A DNA stretch of 64,000 nt from an archaeon (GCA_020053355.1 JAGVNI010000019.1:7707-71706); one strand, 5' to 3'; shown: positions 42,905-52,737, counted from the first letter of the stretch. Notes: generated by a model not told the origin, from the sequence alone. A program made the numbers and translations.

Positions 42905-43876
42905 ATGGTGAAAATAGATAAAAAAGACAGGATTCTGCCCTATGAGCTTTCCAACAACTGCCGGCAGAGTTTCAGCACCCTGGCGAAGAAGGCGGGAATC
43001 TCCAAGCAGATGGTGCATTACCGGGTGAACCGCCTGGTCAGGCTGAAAATCCTGAGGGAAACGCTTCTCACGGTTGATGTCGGGAAATTAGGATACCAGA
43101 ACTACGGGGTTTATTTCCAGTGGAATAACAGGCGCCACGAAAGGAAAATAATCGAGGAACTCATAAACTGCCCTTCGGTCAGATATGCTTCGGGAGGAAC
43201 CGGGAAAATCAACTTCGTCGTCACGTTCAATGCCAGGAGCCCAATAGAATTCCAGAGGGTATGGGATGGAATCCTCCAGAAATACGAGGGAGCGATTAAG
43301 GTATACTCCATACAGGTCATCACGGAGTATCGCAGCTTTGAGAGTTGCGTGCTCATCGGAAAGCAGGACCGAGACCCCATAGGATCCTGCCTCATCACAG
43401 GAGATAAAAGGGTCGCCCTGGACGGCCTGGACAAGGAAATACTGAAGGTTCTCTGCGACGATGCCAGGGCCTCCCTGGTCCGCATCGCCAGGGAGACGGG
43501 CTCATCGCCGGATACGATCAAAGGCAGGATCAGGCGGATGGAGGAGGAAGGCCTTATACAAGGGCATCAATGGATGTATGACCTCAGGGCAGTCGGCCTC
43601 CGATGGTATGAGGTGCCGATATCGCTCATGGATATGACGAAGGAGACGTGGGATTCCCTTTACGGCTATTGCAGGAGCAATCCGCGGATAATCCTGTATG
43701 TCAGGTCAATTGGGAGATTCGAGGTCATGCTGTTATTCGAAGTCTGTGATGATTTGGAGTTCGATTCGGAGATCAACAGGCTCCATGAGATGTTCTCGAA
43801 GAATATCAGGGATTTTGAAATGATGAAAGTGGATGACATCTATAAATTCCGCTTCATCCACGACCCGCGCTTATAG
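42905..43876 (+). CDS. Two-module Lrp/AsnC-family transcriptional regulator
   Basis: 323 aa. HTH segments NNCRQSFSTLAKKAGISKQMVHYRVNRL and DDARASLVRIARETGSSPDTIKGRIRRME, each followed by an AsnC-type domain. Confidence 0.8.
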   Translation: MVKIDKKDRILPYELSNNCRQSFSTLAKKAGISKQMVHYRVNRLVRLKILRETLLTVDVGKLGYQNYGVYFQWNNRRHERKIIEELINCPSVRYASGGTGKINFVVTFNARSPIEFQRVWDGILQKYEGAIKVYSIQVITEYRSFESCVLIGKQDRDPIGSCLITGDKRVALDGLDKEILKVLCDDARASLVRIARETGSSPDTIKGRIRRMEEEGLIQGHQWMYDLRAVGLRWYEVPISLMDMTKETWDSLYGYCRSNPRIILYVRSIGRFEVMLLFEVCDDLEFDSEINRLHEMFSKNIRDFEMMKVDDIYKFRFIHDPRL

Positions 43877-43960
43877 CAGAATCCGGGGATGCGGCGCGGG
43901 TTGTGCAGATGATGCATTACATTGCCCTACTCGGAATGGAATAAAAGCCCGGTTGCGGCA

Positions 43961-44158
43961 ATGGCATTTATGATTACGGTTGACCCTTCAAGATGCCCGC
44001 AGAACCACCGGTGCCCCATGATTCCCCGCTGCCCGAAGGGGGCAATCAGCCAGGACGGATTCGGCCTCCCGAAGATTGATTCGGCAAAATGCATCGGGTG
44101 CGGCCTCTGCGTGCGCTCATGCCCGATGCAGGCGATGCGCAAGGTTAAGGATGGCTGA
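43961..44158 (+). CDS. 4Fe-4S ferredoxin-type protein
   Basis: CIGCGLCVRSCP cluster motif plus an upstream Cys-Pro-rich segment. ATG at 43961 is preferred over the TTG at 43922. Confidence 0.65.
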   Translation: MAFMITVDPSRCPQNHRCPMIPRCPKGAISQDGFGLPKIDSAKCIGCGLCVRSCPMQAMRKVKDG

Positions 44159-44375
44159 TGCCGCCGGCATAGGCACTGTATTGGATGGGAACGGCACGGC
44201 GCACATCGCTCATTCACCGGAAACTGCGGGGGTTGCATGCCTAATCCGGGCTTGGCTTGGGAAAACCGCAGTATTAAAGCCAAAACAGCCTAAGGTATTT
44301 TGGGGTGTTGGCATCACTGAGACAGAAGGGCTCCGGAAGGAAGGGGGATTTTCCAAACAGCTAATTGGCATAACA

Positions 44376-45518
44376 ATGCTCGTCCTGATTCTCATTATCG
44401 CGTTCTATTTCCTCGGAACAGGCAGGGAGGGAACCCAGGCAACTGGAAATAATGTAACCCCGCCTCTCGATGGGAAGCCGCCCCTTTTCACGTTCAACCG
44501 GACCGTGCAGGTGACGCCGGATGGGGAATACCTGACCGGCAGCTTCCCGAGAATCGGTTATGTCCCTGCGACAGACCGCTTCGTTGTGACATTCGGGACG
44601 AAACGCTCGGTGGAGAAAGGGGCGTGCAATGGGTCGGGGTATGTGTACAAGGAGTACACGGCAGGAATGCAGGAGACGGGAAAATCCGGGGATTTAATCC
44701 GATATAATGATTTCCAATGCGAAGCGGGGGATTCCGGCTCCGTGATGGACGGCAACGACTATTACCTGGCCACCGTCCCCCAAGGGCCCGGATATCCCTA
44801 CGGCTGGCGGCTGACCAAATTCAGCGCTATCGACTGGACGATTTTGGCTGATATAAACGTATCGCTTGACGATCCGCATGAGGCCAATACCGACCCGTCA
44901 GTCGCTTTTGTCAACGGACAGCTCGATGTCAGCAACCAATACAACCCCGACGGGATGTGGCAGCAGGGGGATGGGAGCCACCACAATTTCTTCTCGGCCG
45001 ACCTTACGCCCATGGATAAAAAATATCTAACCGACTCCCCGCATATCAGCGGCGCGTCCATGACATACGTGGACGGCATATACTACATCATATCGGCGGA
45101 CTCCTATCCGGGCGACCTGGTGGTTTTGAAATACGACAGGGATTGGAAGTACCTCGGGATGAAAGAGCTGATAAAGCAGGCACATTGGTCCCAGGGGGTG
45201 GTTTTTGACGGCCGGAACTTTTATGTCGCTTATCTGAATACCAGCATAAGGAACGAGAGCGGTTTTTTCCCGGTCTACCCGAATGCCCACCTTGCCGCGT
45301 TTGATAAGGACTGGAACCTCCTGGAAGATGTGGCTGTCACGAATTTCACCCGCTCCGACAACAAAAAAGCCGGCAGGCCGTGGGTGGTTCTGCATGATAA
45401 CCGCTTATACGTCTCATATGACGTGGATACCGTGGTGCCAGGCACCGAAGAGGAGCGTGCCGAGTGGCAGGCGTATGTGAGCATTTACGACTTAATGCAA
45501 ACAAAACAGGCCCCGTAA
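44376..45518 (+). CDS. N-terminally anchored extracellular protein, beta-propeller-like repeats (tentative)
   Basis: Start at MLVLILIIAFYFLG (TM). Repeated blade-like patterns (YYLATV, IYYIISAD, NFYVAYLN, RLYVSYDVD). The upstream ORF part overlaps the ferredoxin gene. Confidence 0.5.
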   Translation: MLVLILIIAFYFLGTGREGTQATGNNVTPPLDGKPPLFTFNRTVQVTPDGEYLTGSFPRIGYVPATDRFVVTFGTKRSVEKGACNGSGYVYKEYTAGMQETGKSGDLIRYNDFQCEAGDSGSVMDGNDYYLATVPQGPGYPYGWRLTKFSAIDWTILADINVSLDDPHEANTDPSVAFVNGQLDVSNQYNPDGMWQQGDGSHHNFFSADLTPMDKKYLTDSPHISGASMTYVDGIYYIISADSYPGDLVVLKYDRDWKYLGMKELIKQAHWSQGVVFDGRNFYVAYLNTSIRNESGFFPVYPNAHLAAFDKDWNLLEDVAVTNFTRSDNKKAGRPWVVLHDNRLYVSYDVDTVVPGTEEERAEWQAYVSIYDLMQTKQAP

Positions 45519-45650
45519 GCTGGCGGCTGGAATCGCGCCCGGATTCCGTTTGGGAAGTGCGCAGGCTGGGCCATCAATCGTTTTATAAATAGTTCATGGC
45601 ATTAACTAATTACATAAAAGGTTAGCCACCTTGCTGTTTGAGGCAAAGAT

Positions 45651-46097
45651 ATGGATGACGCACAGGTCGAGAGGATTTCGCAGAACGTGGGCAGGTTCAT
45701 GCGGGTTTTCCACATAATGAGGAACAGGAGCGAGACCGCCGGACTTAAACCCCCGCCGCTTGACCCGCAGTACATGGTGCTGGCATTATTGAAGGAAGGA
45801 GCCCTGCCCATGTCCGGCCTCAGCAGGAAGCTCGAGTGCTCCAAACCCAATGTCACGGCGCTCGCCGACAGGCTGATTGATGAGGGGTTAGTCAGCCGCC
45901 AGCATGATCGGGCGGACAAGCGGATTATAAGGCTGGGCATCACGGAAAAGGGGAAGACGGTCATGGAGGAGCGCAAAAAGGCGGCCAGGGCGGCGATTCG
46001 GGCGAACCTGTCTCCCTTAAGCGAAAAAGACCTGGACGATTTATGCGAATCCCTGGAGAGAGTGAACAGGATAATCGCGAAACTGGGAAGTGATTGA
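45651..46097 (+). CDS. MarR-family transcriptional regulator
   Basis: 148 aa. MSGLSRKLECSKPNVTALADRLIDEGLVSRQHDRADKR is a MarR winged helix. Confidence 0.85.
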   Translation: MDDAQVERISQNVGRFMRVFHIMRNRSETAGLKPPPLDPQYMVLALLKEGALPMSGLSRKLECSKPNVTALADRLIDEGLVSRQHDRADKRIIRLGITEKGKTVMEERKKAARAAIRANLSPLSEKDLDDLCESLERVNRIIAKLGSD

Positions 46098-46098
46098 G

Positions 46099-46788
46099 AT
46101 GAGCGACCATTCCGTGCAGACAAGGGAAGCGCCGCAGGGCGCCCACAAGGGAATCGGGGAGAACCCCCTGGTGTCGAGGATAAAGAAGCACCCGCTAATC
46201 ACCGAGTTCGCGCTCCTGGTCGTAATCGCCGCAGTTATCGGCGGATACCTGTACATCCAGGACATGAACAACAAGATTTTCATCGAAAAGGCCGAGATTA
46301 GCGCGCCAATCATATCCATCGGGTCCCCGGCATCCGGGCAGATAGAAAAGATATACGTCGAGGAAGGTGACAGCGTTTCCGAGGGCCAGCGCCTCGCCCT
46401 GGTCGGGAATACGACAATCTACGCGGAGACCCGGGGGGTAATCATCTGGACCAAGGACAACCCGGGGCAGATTACCGGCCCCAGCGACACCATCGTGAAA
46501 ATGATTGAGCCGGGGGAGTTCAGGGTTGTCGGGCGCGTGCAGGAGGACAAGGGCCTGGCGGACATCCGCCCGGGCCAGCGCGTGATTTTCACAGTGGATG
46601 CGTTCGGGACGAAGCAATACGGGGGGTTCGTGGATTCGGTCGCGATGAGCGCCCGCTCCTCCGACATCGTTTTCAGCATCTCCGACAAGAGGGAGCCCCG
46701 GGAATTCGAGGTGCGCGCGCTGTTCGACCCGCTGGCATACCCCGAATTGAAGAACGGGATGTCCGCCAAGATGTGGATTGTGAAGTGA
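46099..46788 (+). CDS. HlyD/EmrA-family membrane-fusion (periplasmic adaptor-like) protein
   Basis: N-terminal TM, then AEISAPIISIGSPASGQIEKIYVEEGDSVSEGQRLA (biotinyl-lipoyl-like hairpin) and a beta-barrel region. Starts 2 nt after the MarR stop; GTG 46090 is an alternative start. Confidence 0.75.
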   Translation: MSDHSVQTREAPQGAHKGIGENPLVSRIKKHPLITEFALLVVIAAVIGGYLYIQDMNNKIFIEKAEISAPIISIGSPASGQIEKIYVEEGDSVSEGQRLALVGNTTIYAETRGVIIWTKDNPGQITGPSDTIVKMIEPGEFRVVGRVQEDKGLADIRPGQRVIFTVDAFGTKQYGGFVDSVAMSARSSDIVFSISDKREPREFEVRALFDPLAYPELKNGMSAKMWIVK

Positions 46789-46825
46789 AATGCCCGGCAT
46801 CGGATAAAAAGGACGCTGATTTCGA

Positions 46826-48310
46826 ATGTCTGACACCGGGGACAGCCTCAAGTGGTGGATACTGCTCACAGTCATAATCGGCACGTTCCTAGGCAGGCTC
46901 GACCAGACGATAGTCAACCTCGCGCTCCCTAAAATCATGGAGGATTTCTCGATAACGGTTTCCGATGCCGGCTGGATAGCGACCGCATACATCCTCGCGA
47001 ACGCGGTCTTCGTCCCGGTCTGGGGCAAGCTCGGCGACACAATCGGAAGGAAGAAGGTGTACATCTGGGGGTTCTCCCTCTTCATCGTAGGCTCGGTGCT
47101 TGCCGGCCTGGCCTGGGACTTGAATTCGATGATAGTTTTCCGGGTCATACAGGCCATCGCAGGCTCTGCCGATTATCCGACTGCGATGGCGATTATCGCA
47201 GTCACATTCCGCGGAGCCAGGGAAAGGGCGGAGGCTCTCGGCATCTGGTCCTCGGCTTTCGCCGCTTCCGCGGTATTCGGGCCGCTCCTCGGGGGGCCCC
47301 TGATAGACACTTTCGGATGGCGCTCGGTCTTCCTAATCAACCTCCCGGTCGGCATCCTCGGCCTTGCGATGGCGTATATCTTCGTCCGGGAATCGGTCTC
47401 GGAGAAGAAGTCTGTGAAATTCGACATATGGGGGGCGCTGACGCTCGGCATCACCTTGTCCGCCCTGGTCCTGGTCCTTGACAAGGGGCTGGACTGGGGA
47501 TGGACGTCGGTTGAGGCCATTGTGTGCTATTCGTCGATTCTTGGATTCGGATACCTGTTCTACCGCATTGATTCGGTTCATCCGGAGCCCATAGTGGATT
47601 TCAAGTTCTTCAGGGTGGGCGCGTTCGTCGGGGCGCTGACGAACAACTTCACGGTGTTCATGGGAATGATGGGCGGGGTGTTCCTCATCCCGGTATTCGT
47701 CCAGACCTTCCTTGGCTACGACGCGACGCAGACCGGCCTCATGTTCATGCCGATGGCGGCGGGGATGATGATTGCCGCGCCTCTCGGATCGAAATTGGTC
47801 GGGAGAGTGAAGCCAGGCATAGTGATAGCCATAAGCACGTTCATCGCGGCTATCGGCATGCTCCTCTTCCTCGGGCTCGACCCGCGTTCCGGCCCCATAG
47901 ACGTAATCATTCCGGTCTTCGTAATGGCTTCGGGGATGGGTTTTGCAATGGCGCAACGGACGAACATCATAGCATCCGCCGTCCCTGAGAATGAAATCGG
48001 CGTCGCGTCGTCCGTGCTGGCGCTTGTGCGCAATATCGCAGGCGCGTTCGGGATAGCGATATTCACGACGATACTGAAGAATGCCACGGAAAGCAGCCTG
48101 CTCCTGATTTCAGAAAACAGCATCATCAACACGCACGACCCGGCAATCCTCCAGCAGGTTGCCGCCCTGATGATTCTGAAGGCCCAGATTCTCGGCTACC
48201 ATACGGTGTTCATACTCGCCTCGGCAATCCTGTTCGTCTCGGCCGCGCTCGCCATAATCATGATAAAGGTGGAGGAAAAGAAGAGCGGCGTCGAGGTTTT
48301 TGTAGAGTGA
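46826..48310 (+). CDS. MFS transporter, DHA2 (EmrB/QacA-like, ~14 TMS)
   Basis: 494 aa. DQTIVNLALPKI, GKLGDTIGRKK (motif A-like), many TMs. Confidence 0.85.
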   Translation: MSDTGDSLKWWILLTVIIGTFLGRLDQTIVNLALPKIMEDFSITVSDAGWIATAYILANAVFVPVWGKLGDTIGRKKVYIWGFSLFIVGSVLAGLAWDLNSMIVFRVIQAIAGSADYPTAMAIIAVTFRGARERAEALGIWSSAFAASAVFGPLLGGPLIDTFGWRSVFLINLPVGILGLAMAYIFVRESVSEKKSVKFDIWGALTLGITLSALVLVLDKGLDWGWTSVEAIVCYSSILGFGYLFYRIDSVHPEPIVDFKFFRVGAFVGALTNNFTVFMGMMGGVFLIPVFVQTFLGYDATQTGLMFMPMAAGMMIAAPLGSKLVGRVKPGIVIAISTFIAAIGMLLFLGLDPRSGPIDVIIPVFVMASGMGFAMAQRTNIIASAVPENEIGVASSVLALVRNIAGAFGIAIFTTILKNATESSLLLISENSIINTHDPAILQQVAALMILKAQILGYHTVFILASAILFVSAALAIIMIKVEEKKSGVEVFVE

Positions 48311-48335
48311 TGGGTGCGGGGGCGGAAGCCCGGGT

Positions 48336-48818
48336 TCATCCGCATCCTGATACGGTGGATGGGAAGGAATCGAAATATCCGCCGCATTCCGAGCTGATTG
48401 GCTTCCCGGTCATGAAATGCCCGCACTTTGCGCCGTGCGGCCCGACGGCTATAGGGCTCTGGCTATAGGCGGCGATGCATTCTTCGCAGCATCTTAGGCG
48501 CATCCGGCTTTCCGCGCCATCGCCGCTCGTTAGGTTCTCCCTGCCGCTCTGGTTGATTGCCGCCAAATCCTCATTGGAAACGAACGTGCGGCCGTCCGGC
48601 GTCCTGCACTGGCGCGGGTATGATTCCATGATTGGATAGCCTGCCGCCGCGCATGCTTCGAAGGAATTGATTGCGCTGATATTAGTCTGGTTGCTGGTTT
48701 GGTTTCCGGTCAGGTTTCCGGTTTGGTTCGGCAGTGGAGCCGGGGATATGCAGCCGATGAGAAGGATGCATGCCGCAAAGACGATGCATTGCAAATATGG
48801 GCTAGAGGACGAGGCCAT
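48336..48818 (-). CDS. Small Cys-rich lipobox protein with N-glyco-rich linker
   Basis: Start at MASSSSPYLQCIVFAACILLIGC. NQTGNLTGNQTSNQTN linker. Confidence 0.55.
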   Translation of the reverse strand: MASSSSPYLQCIVFAACILLIGCISPAPLPNQTGNLTGNQTSNQTNISAINSFEACAAAGYPIMESYPRQCRTPDGRTFVSNEDLAAINQSGRENLTSGDGAESRMRLRCCEECIAAYSQSPIAVGPHGAKCGHFMTGKPISSECGGYFDSFPSTVSGCG

Positions 48819-48826
48819 AGGATTAC

Positions 48827-49363
48827 CTACCCGAAAACGATGACTTTTGCCCATGCCCCGCTTCCGGAATACGGGGCCGCGACCTGCACGACAAAGATAC
48901 GGTAGCTCGAATCGTCCGGGCTCCTCCATATCTCCGATTCGCCGGGGCAGATGAACATCTTCTCAATCAACGAGCCGTTGCTGGACCACAGGCTGAAGAT
49001 GCCGCACGGTTCGGATGATGCCGGGATTACCGAGGCGTCATCGAGCGCAATGATATAGCTGCCGTTTCCGAATGAGAGGCCCGCCGGAGCAATCATGGGT
49101 TGGGGTTCCGGGTTTTGGGGCGTTACGGTATTGTTATCTTGGGGGTTTTCTGACGGAGGCGTGACGTTCCCCCCTGCGGTTACGTTTTCGGGTGGAGAAA
49201 CCGTCAGGTTGCCGGATACTGCCGGGATTGCCGGGGCGGTTTCCCCGGGCCCTGCATTTTCCTGCGGCAGGGTCTGGTTCTGGGCCACCGGATGGGCCTC
49301 CTGGCCGATGCATCCTGCGAACAGGATGAGTGTCGCGAGCAAAACAAGCCTTATGGGCTTCAT
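48827..49363 (-). CDS. Lipobox secreted protein with N-glyco/Pro-rich linker
   Basis: Start at MKPIRLVLLATLILFAGC. The upstream ORF extension overlaps the promoter of the divergent gene. Confidence 0.55.
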   Translation of the reverse strand: MKPIRLVLLATLILFAGCIGQEAHPVAQNQTLPQENAGPGETAPAIPAVSGNLTVSPPENVTAGGNVTPPSENPQDNNTVTPQNPEPQPMIAPAGLSFGNGSYIIALDDASVIPASSEPCGIFSLWSSNGSLIEKMFICPGESEIWRSPDDSSYRIFVVQVAAPYSGSGAWAKVIVFG

Positions 49364-49423
49364 GAAATGGATAGGGTTACGCGGGCATATAAATTTTACC
49401 GCAGGAAGGGTTTCGTGGGACCC

Positions 49424-49720
49424 ATGTACCTGAAGATACACAAGAACCCCCAGGGGAAGATTGTCGCAGTGTGCGACGAAGACCTTCTGGGCAAGGTGCT
49501 AGAAGACAAGGACATCTGCATGGACCTCGACAAATTCCGCAGATTCTATGACGAGAGCAAAGTAGGGCCGCGGGAGGTCGAAGAAGCGCTGAAAAGCTTC
49601 GATTCTGCCAACATTGTGGGAAAGGAAGCGGTCGCCGTGGCGATAAAGATGGGATTGATTGGGAAAAAGGACGTTATGTATATAAAGCGGACGCCATATA
49701 TCCAGATTTACAGATTATGA
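49424..49720 (+). CDS. DUF424-family archaeal protein
   Basis: MYLKIHKNPQGKIVAVCDEDLLGK... has the typical DUF424 N-terminus. TATA atataaatttta lies about 27 nt upstream of ATG 49424. Confidence 0.7.
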   Translation: MYLKIHKNPQGKIVAVCDEDLLGKVLEDKDICMDLDKFRRFYDESKVGPREVEEALKSFDSANIVGKEAVAVAIKMGLIGKKDVMYIKRTPYIQIYRL

Positions 49721-49736
49721 CCTTAGAGGTGGGGAT

Positions 49737-50144
49737 GTGAAATCAATCACGATAGTTGCTGACGATAAAGTGGGGCTTCTTGCCGACATTTCGTACATCC
49801 TGGCAAAAAGCAAGGTGAATATCGACGCCATCAATGTCGACGTCGTAGGCGGAAAGGCGATAATCTCGCTGGCATTGTCCGACCCGGCCAAGGGCAAACA
49901 GGTCGTAGAAGCGGCGGGATACAAATGCGAGGACCAGAACGCGGTCGTGATAAAGCTCCCCGACAAGCCCGGCGAGTTGAACAAGACGACGGCGCTGCTC
50001 GCAAAAGAAGGGGTCAACGTCCAGAATGTCCACGTGCTTTCCAAGGACGGCGCGAACACCGTGCTTTCCATCGTCGTGGACAAGCCGAAAAGAGCGGCAT
50101 TGATTCTCCAGCCGCACCTGATAACGAACGACTCGGCAATTTAA
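49737..50144 (+). CDS. Tandem ACT-domain protein
   Basis: GTG start preceded by GAGGTGGGG. ITIVADDKVGLLADISYILA and VVIKLPDKPGELNKTTALLA are two ACT repeats. Confidence 0.65.
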   Translation: MKSITIVADDKVGLLADISYILAKSKVNIDAINVDVVGGKAIISLALSDPAKGKQVVEAAGYKCEDQNAVVIKLPDKPGELNKTTALLAKEGVNVQNVHVLSKDGANTVLSIVVDKPKRAALILQPHLITNDSAI

Positions 50145-50150
50145 AAAAAA

Positions 50151-51146
50151 TCATAGGTCGGCTTCGACCGACTTTTCCTTTTTATCCATTTTTCCACTGT
50201 ACTTTTTTTCAAGCTCCTGCGCCTTATCGGATTTAGCGAGCGCGATTATTTCTTCCGCCTTCTGGAAATTGGCGTAGATGAAATCCCCTTTCTCCTTGTC
50301 CGCCTTCTCCTCCCCCTGGAGTTCGGAGAGGCGCTCGGCCTGCTTCTCAAGGCGCTCTTTCAACTTATCTAGTTTCGGATTCGTCTTTTCCAGATGAGCA
50401 TAGTATTCGTCAGCGGCCTCGCTGAGCGTTCCGGGTTCCGCAGTTTCGAGTTTCGAGTATTTGGAAATCCTTGCGAGGGCGAAATCGAGCATCTTCCCGT
50501 TCTCGAAGAATGCGACTGGCTTGGCCTCCGCCTGAAGTCTGGCGATTTCCTGCTCCAACTTCATGATTTGGTTGCCGCTTAGCGAATTGCCAGGCGTCTT
50601 TTCGTCGATTTTCAGCCTTGAGAGCGCCTCCAGGGCATAGTCCTTGCCGAGGGGGAGCTTCATCAGTGAGACGATGATGTATTTGTCCGTGACTTCGAGC
50701 GCATCCATCGGGGCGGTCTTGGGCGGCTTGTACGGGGCTCCGGCTTTTATCTCGCGGTCGGACCATGACTCGTATTTATGCGCGCAGACGGCATTGCCGC
50801 CTTTCACCAGGATGGCATTGCCCTCCCCGAACATCTCGAAAATTAATTCGCCCTTGTCGAAGACGAAGGAGACGATGCGGTCGTTGTTGATTTGCCGGAT
50901 TTCGCTCAAGCGGGCGTTGTCCAGCTCTTTTTCCACCTTTTCCGTGAACTTGTCGGATTCTGCAGGCTCGATGTATTTGGTGGAGTGGATTCTGACGCCG
51001 AGCTCGCAGAGGATTTCATAGCCTGCGATTTTCATCCGGTAGGTGCCCCCGCCGATTTTCCGGATGCGGCCGAAATGCTTGCCGTTCAGGACAATCGAGA
51101 GCTCGCGGACGATGAATGAGTATTCGAGATTCGACATCTTGTGCAT
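50151..51146 (-). CDS. NFACT-N (Rqc2/FbpA-like) domain protein, short form
   Basis: 331 aa. The N-terminus EYSFIVRELSIVLNGKHFGRIRKIG...RIVSFVF matches NFACT-N, followed by a coiled coil. No NFACT-R/C region. Confidence 0.6.
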   Translation of the reverse strand: MHKMSNLEYSFIVRELSIVLNGKHFGRIRKIGGGTYRMKIAGYEILCELGVRIHSTKYIEPAESDKFTEKVEKELDNARLSEIRQINNDRIVSFVFDKGELIFEMFGEGNAILVKGGNAVCAHKYESWSDREIKAGAPYKPPKTAPMDALEVTDKYIIVSLMKLPLGKDYALEALSRLKIDEKTPGNSLSGNQIMKLEQEIARLQAEAKPVAFFENGKMLDFALARISKYSKLETAEPGTLSEAADEYYAHLEKTNPKLDKLKERLEKQAERLSELQGEEKADKEKGDFIYANFQKAEEIIALAKSDKAQELEKKYSGKMDKKEKSVEADL

Positions 51147-51316
51147 GGTTTTCCTTTTGCTGGGGGGGATTAAAGAATTATGAAGAAGTGCGAAAAATTG
51201 GCAAATGGAGAAGCCAGGTTTTGATTGAGAGTATGTTGCGGGAATTCCACAACAAACTATTATATATATGTCATAATAAATTGATTAAAATGGATTAAGT
51301 TCAGGAGGGAGAATCG

Positions 51317-52099
51317 ATGGCCAGGAATTTGGAAATACACAGAATGGAAACGGGTGGGGGAATGAAAGGAAGCAGGCGCGATGCCGCTTCGCGCATCTGG
51401 GAGAGGCTGAAGGATAAGCTCGCTATCGGCGCGTTCGTTCTTGTGGCAGGATGCGCTCCAGCAGCATCTCAGAACCAGCCGACCACGCCGCCAGTGCCGG
51501 AAGCAGTGCAGCCAACGGCAGTCGTATCCTCGACAACCCTCCAGAGCGGGAGGACATCCGCAGGGCAGACCGAGATAGGCATGCAGCGGAGAATAGATGG
51601 GGGAACGTCTATTTTGACGTATACCGCCAACGTGACCGGCGACAACATGACGTACAACTGGTTCATGTATCAGGACGCAGGAACCGGAAACCAGCTCTTG
51701 CTGAATCCCAGGTACCGGGAGACGAGCCAGCCGAGGTATGTAGGCGCAGTCGTGAGGGATGCGACGCTCACCGACGGCACGAGGGGGGATTTCGTGGTCA
51801 GGGTTTACGGAAACGCTACCGCACCCGCATCGGACTCGGAATTTTCCCCGGTTGTTGAGCGCGACGGAAGGGTAAGGCCGGAGAATGTGCTCTATGCGCT
51901 CCAGAATGGCTCGCTCGAGCCGGTCAGGGATTCCCGCTTGCAGCAGAATCTGGATGAATGCTGCATGGCGAGGGCATCGCCCATGGTCAGCGTGGTGGAG
52001 TATGCGGCTACCACAGCCGTATTGATTGTCACCCAGAAGATGGCCGCCGCGACAGGCCCGATTTCAAACAGTTCTTCGCAGATGGCTCCGCGCGAGTGA
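51317..52099 (+). CDS. Lipobox protein, family member A (unknown function)
   Basis: Leader MARNLEIHRMETGGGMKGSRRDAASRIWERLKDKLAIGAFVLVAGC. Core motif TYNWFMYQ...LLLNPRYRETSQPRYVGAVV is shared with 52738-53478. Confidence 0.65.
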   Translation: MARNLEIHRMETGGGMKGSRRDAASRIWERLKDKLAIGAFVLVAGCAPAASQNQPTTPPVPEAVQPTAVVSSTTLQSGRTSAGQTEIGMQRRIDGGTSILTYTANVTGDNMTYNWFMYQDAGTGNQLLLNPRYRETSQPRYVGAVVRDATLTDGTRGDFVVRVYGNATAPASDSEFSPVVERDGRVRPENVLYALQNGSLEPVRDSRLQQNLDECCMARASPMVSVVEYAATTAVLIVTQKMAAATGPISNSSSQMAPRE

Positions 52100-52140
52100 T
52101 TTTTTTCGTTTATTATTGTCAAAAAAAAGGTCGGGAAGTC

Positions 52141-52677
52141 ATGGTTAAACGGTTGGAAATGCACCAAGTGGGGACAGAAGAGTGCGATGGAACCAGCAGG
52201 CGCAAAGCCGGCCCCAGGGCCTGGAGCAGGCTGAAGGAATCTTTAGCAGCCGGCTCGGTGATTCTCGCCGCAGGATGCGGCTCTGCTTCCATGCAGAACC
52301 TACAGGCGCCGGTGCCCGTCCAGACCGCCATCCAGGCCAGAACCGTTGGCGATTCTAAGGAAGGGCCGGAAGAGATTGGCTCGGACGGAAAAACAATCCA
52401 GGAATACGTCCGGTTGGTCGATGCGATGCGCGTGCTGTATAACGATCCAGCCGTCAACGCCGGGCTCTTTGTCGAATCCATGGGACGCGTTAGCGTTCTG
52501 AATGCCCTGTATCTGGATGTGCAATCTGCGAGGACGATGCTGGACCTGACTCGGGATGGCAGATACGACCTGGCGGTCGAGGTCTGCGACAAGAGCCGGG
52601 ATATGACCTCGTCCTTATTGGCATGGAGGAGGCTGCAAACGTATCTTACCTACCTGCCACAGCATTGGGGGCCATGA
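52141..52677 (+). CDS. Lipobox protein, family member B (shares the leader only)
   Basis: Leader MVKRLEMHQVGTEECDGTSRRKAGPRAWSRLKESLAAGSVILAAGC is nearly colinear with member A. The mature part differs. Confidence 0.6.
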   Translation: MVKRLEMHQVGTEECDGTSRRKAGPRAWSRLKESLAAGSVILAAGCGSASMQNLQAPVPVQTAIQARTVGDSKEGPEEIGSDGKTIQEYVRLVDAMRVLYNDPAVNAGLFVESMGRVSVLNALYLDVQSARTMLDLTRDGRYDLAVEVCDKSRDMTSSLLAWRRLQTYLTYLPQHWGP

Positions 52678-52737
52678 TTTCCTTGTCCAAAGATAAGTTA
52701 TATTTTATGGTTAATATTGATATTTATAAGGATTTGC

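Noticed and set aside
48819-49441. ORF-track N-terminal extensions of the two minus-strand lipoprotein genes and of the DUF424 gene (49292-49423)
   Set aside because: The extensions overlap each other or the TATA box at about 49387-49398. Internal Met codons give canonical signal peptides (MASSSS..., MKPIRL...) and the canonical DUF424 N-terminus (MYLKIH...).
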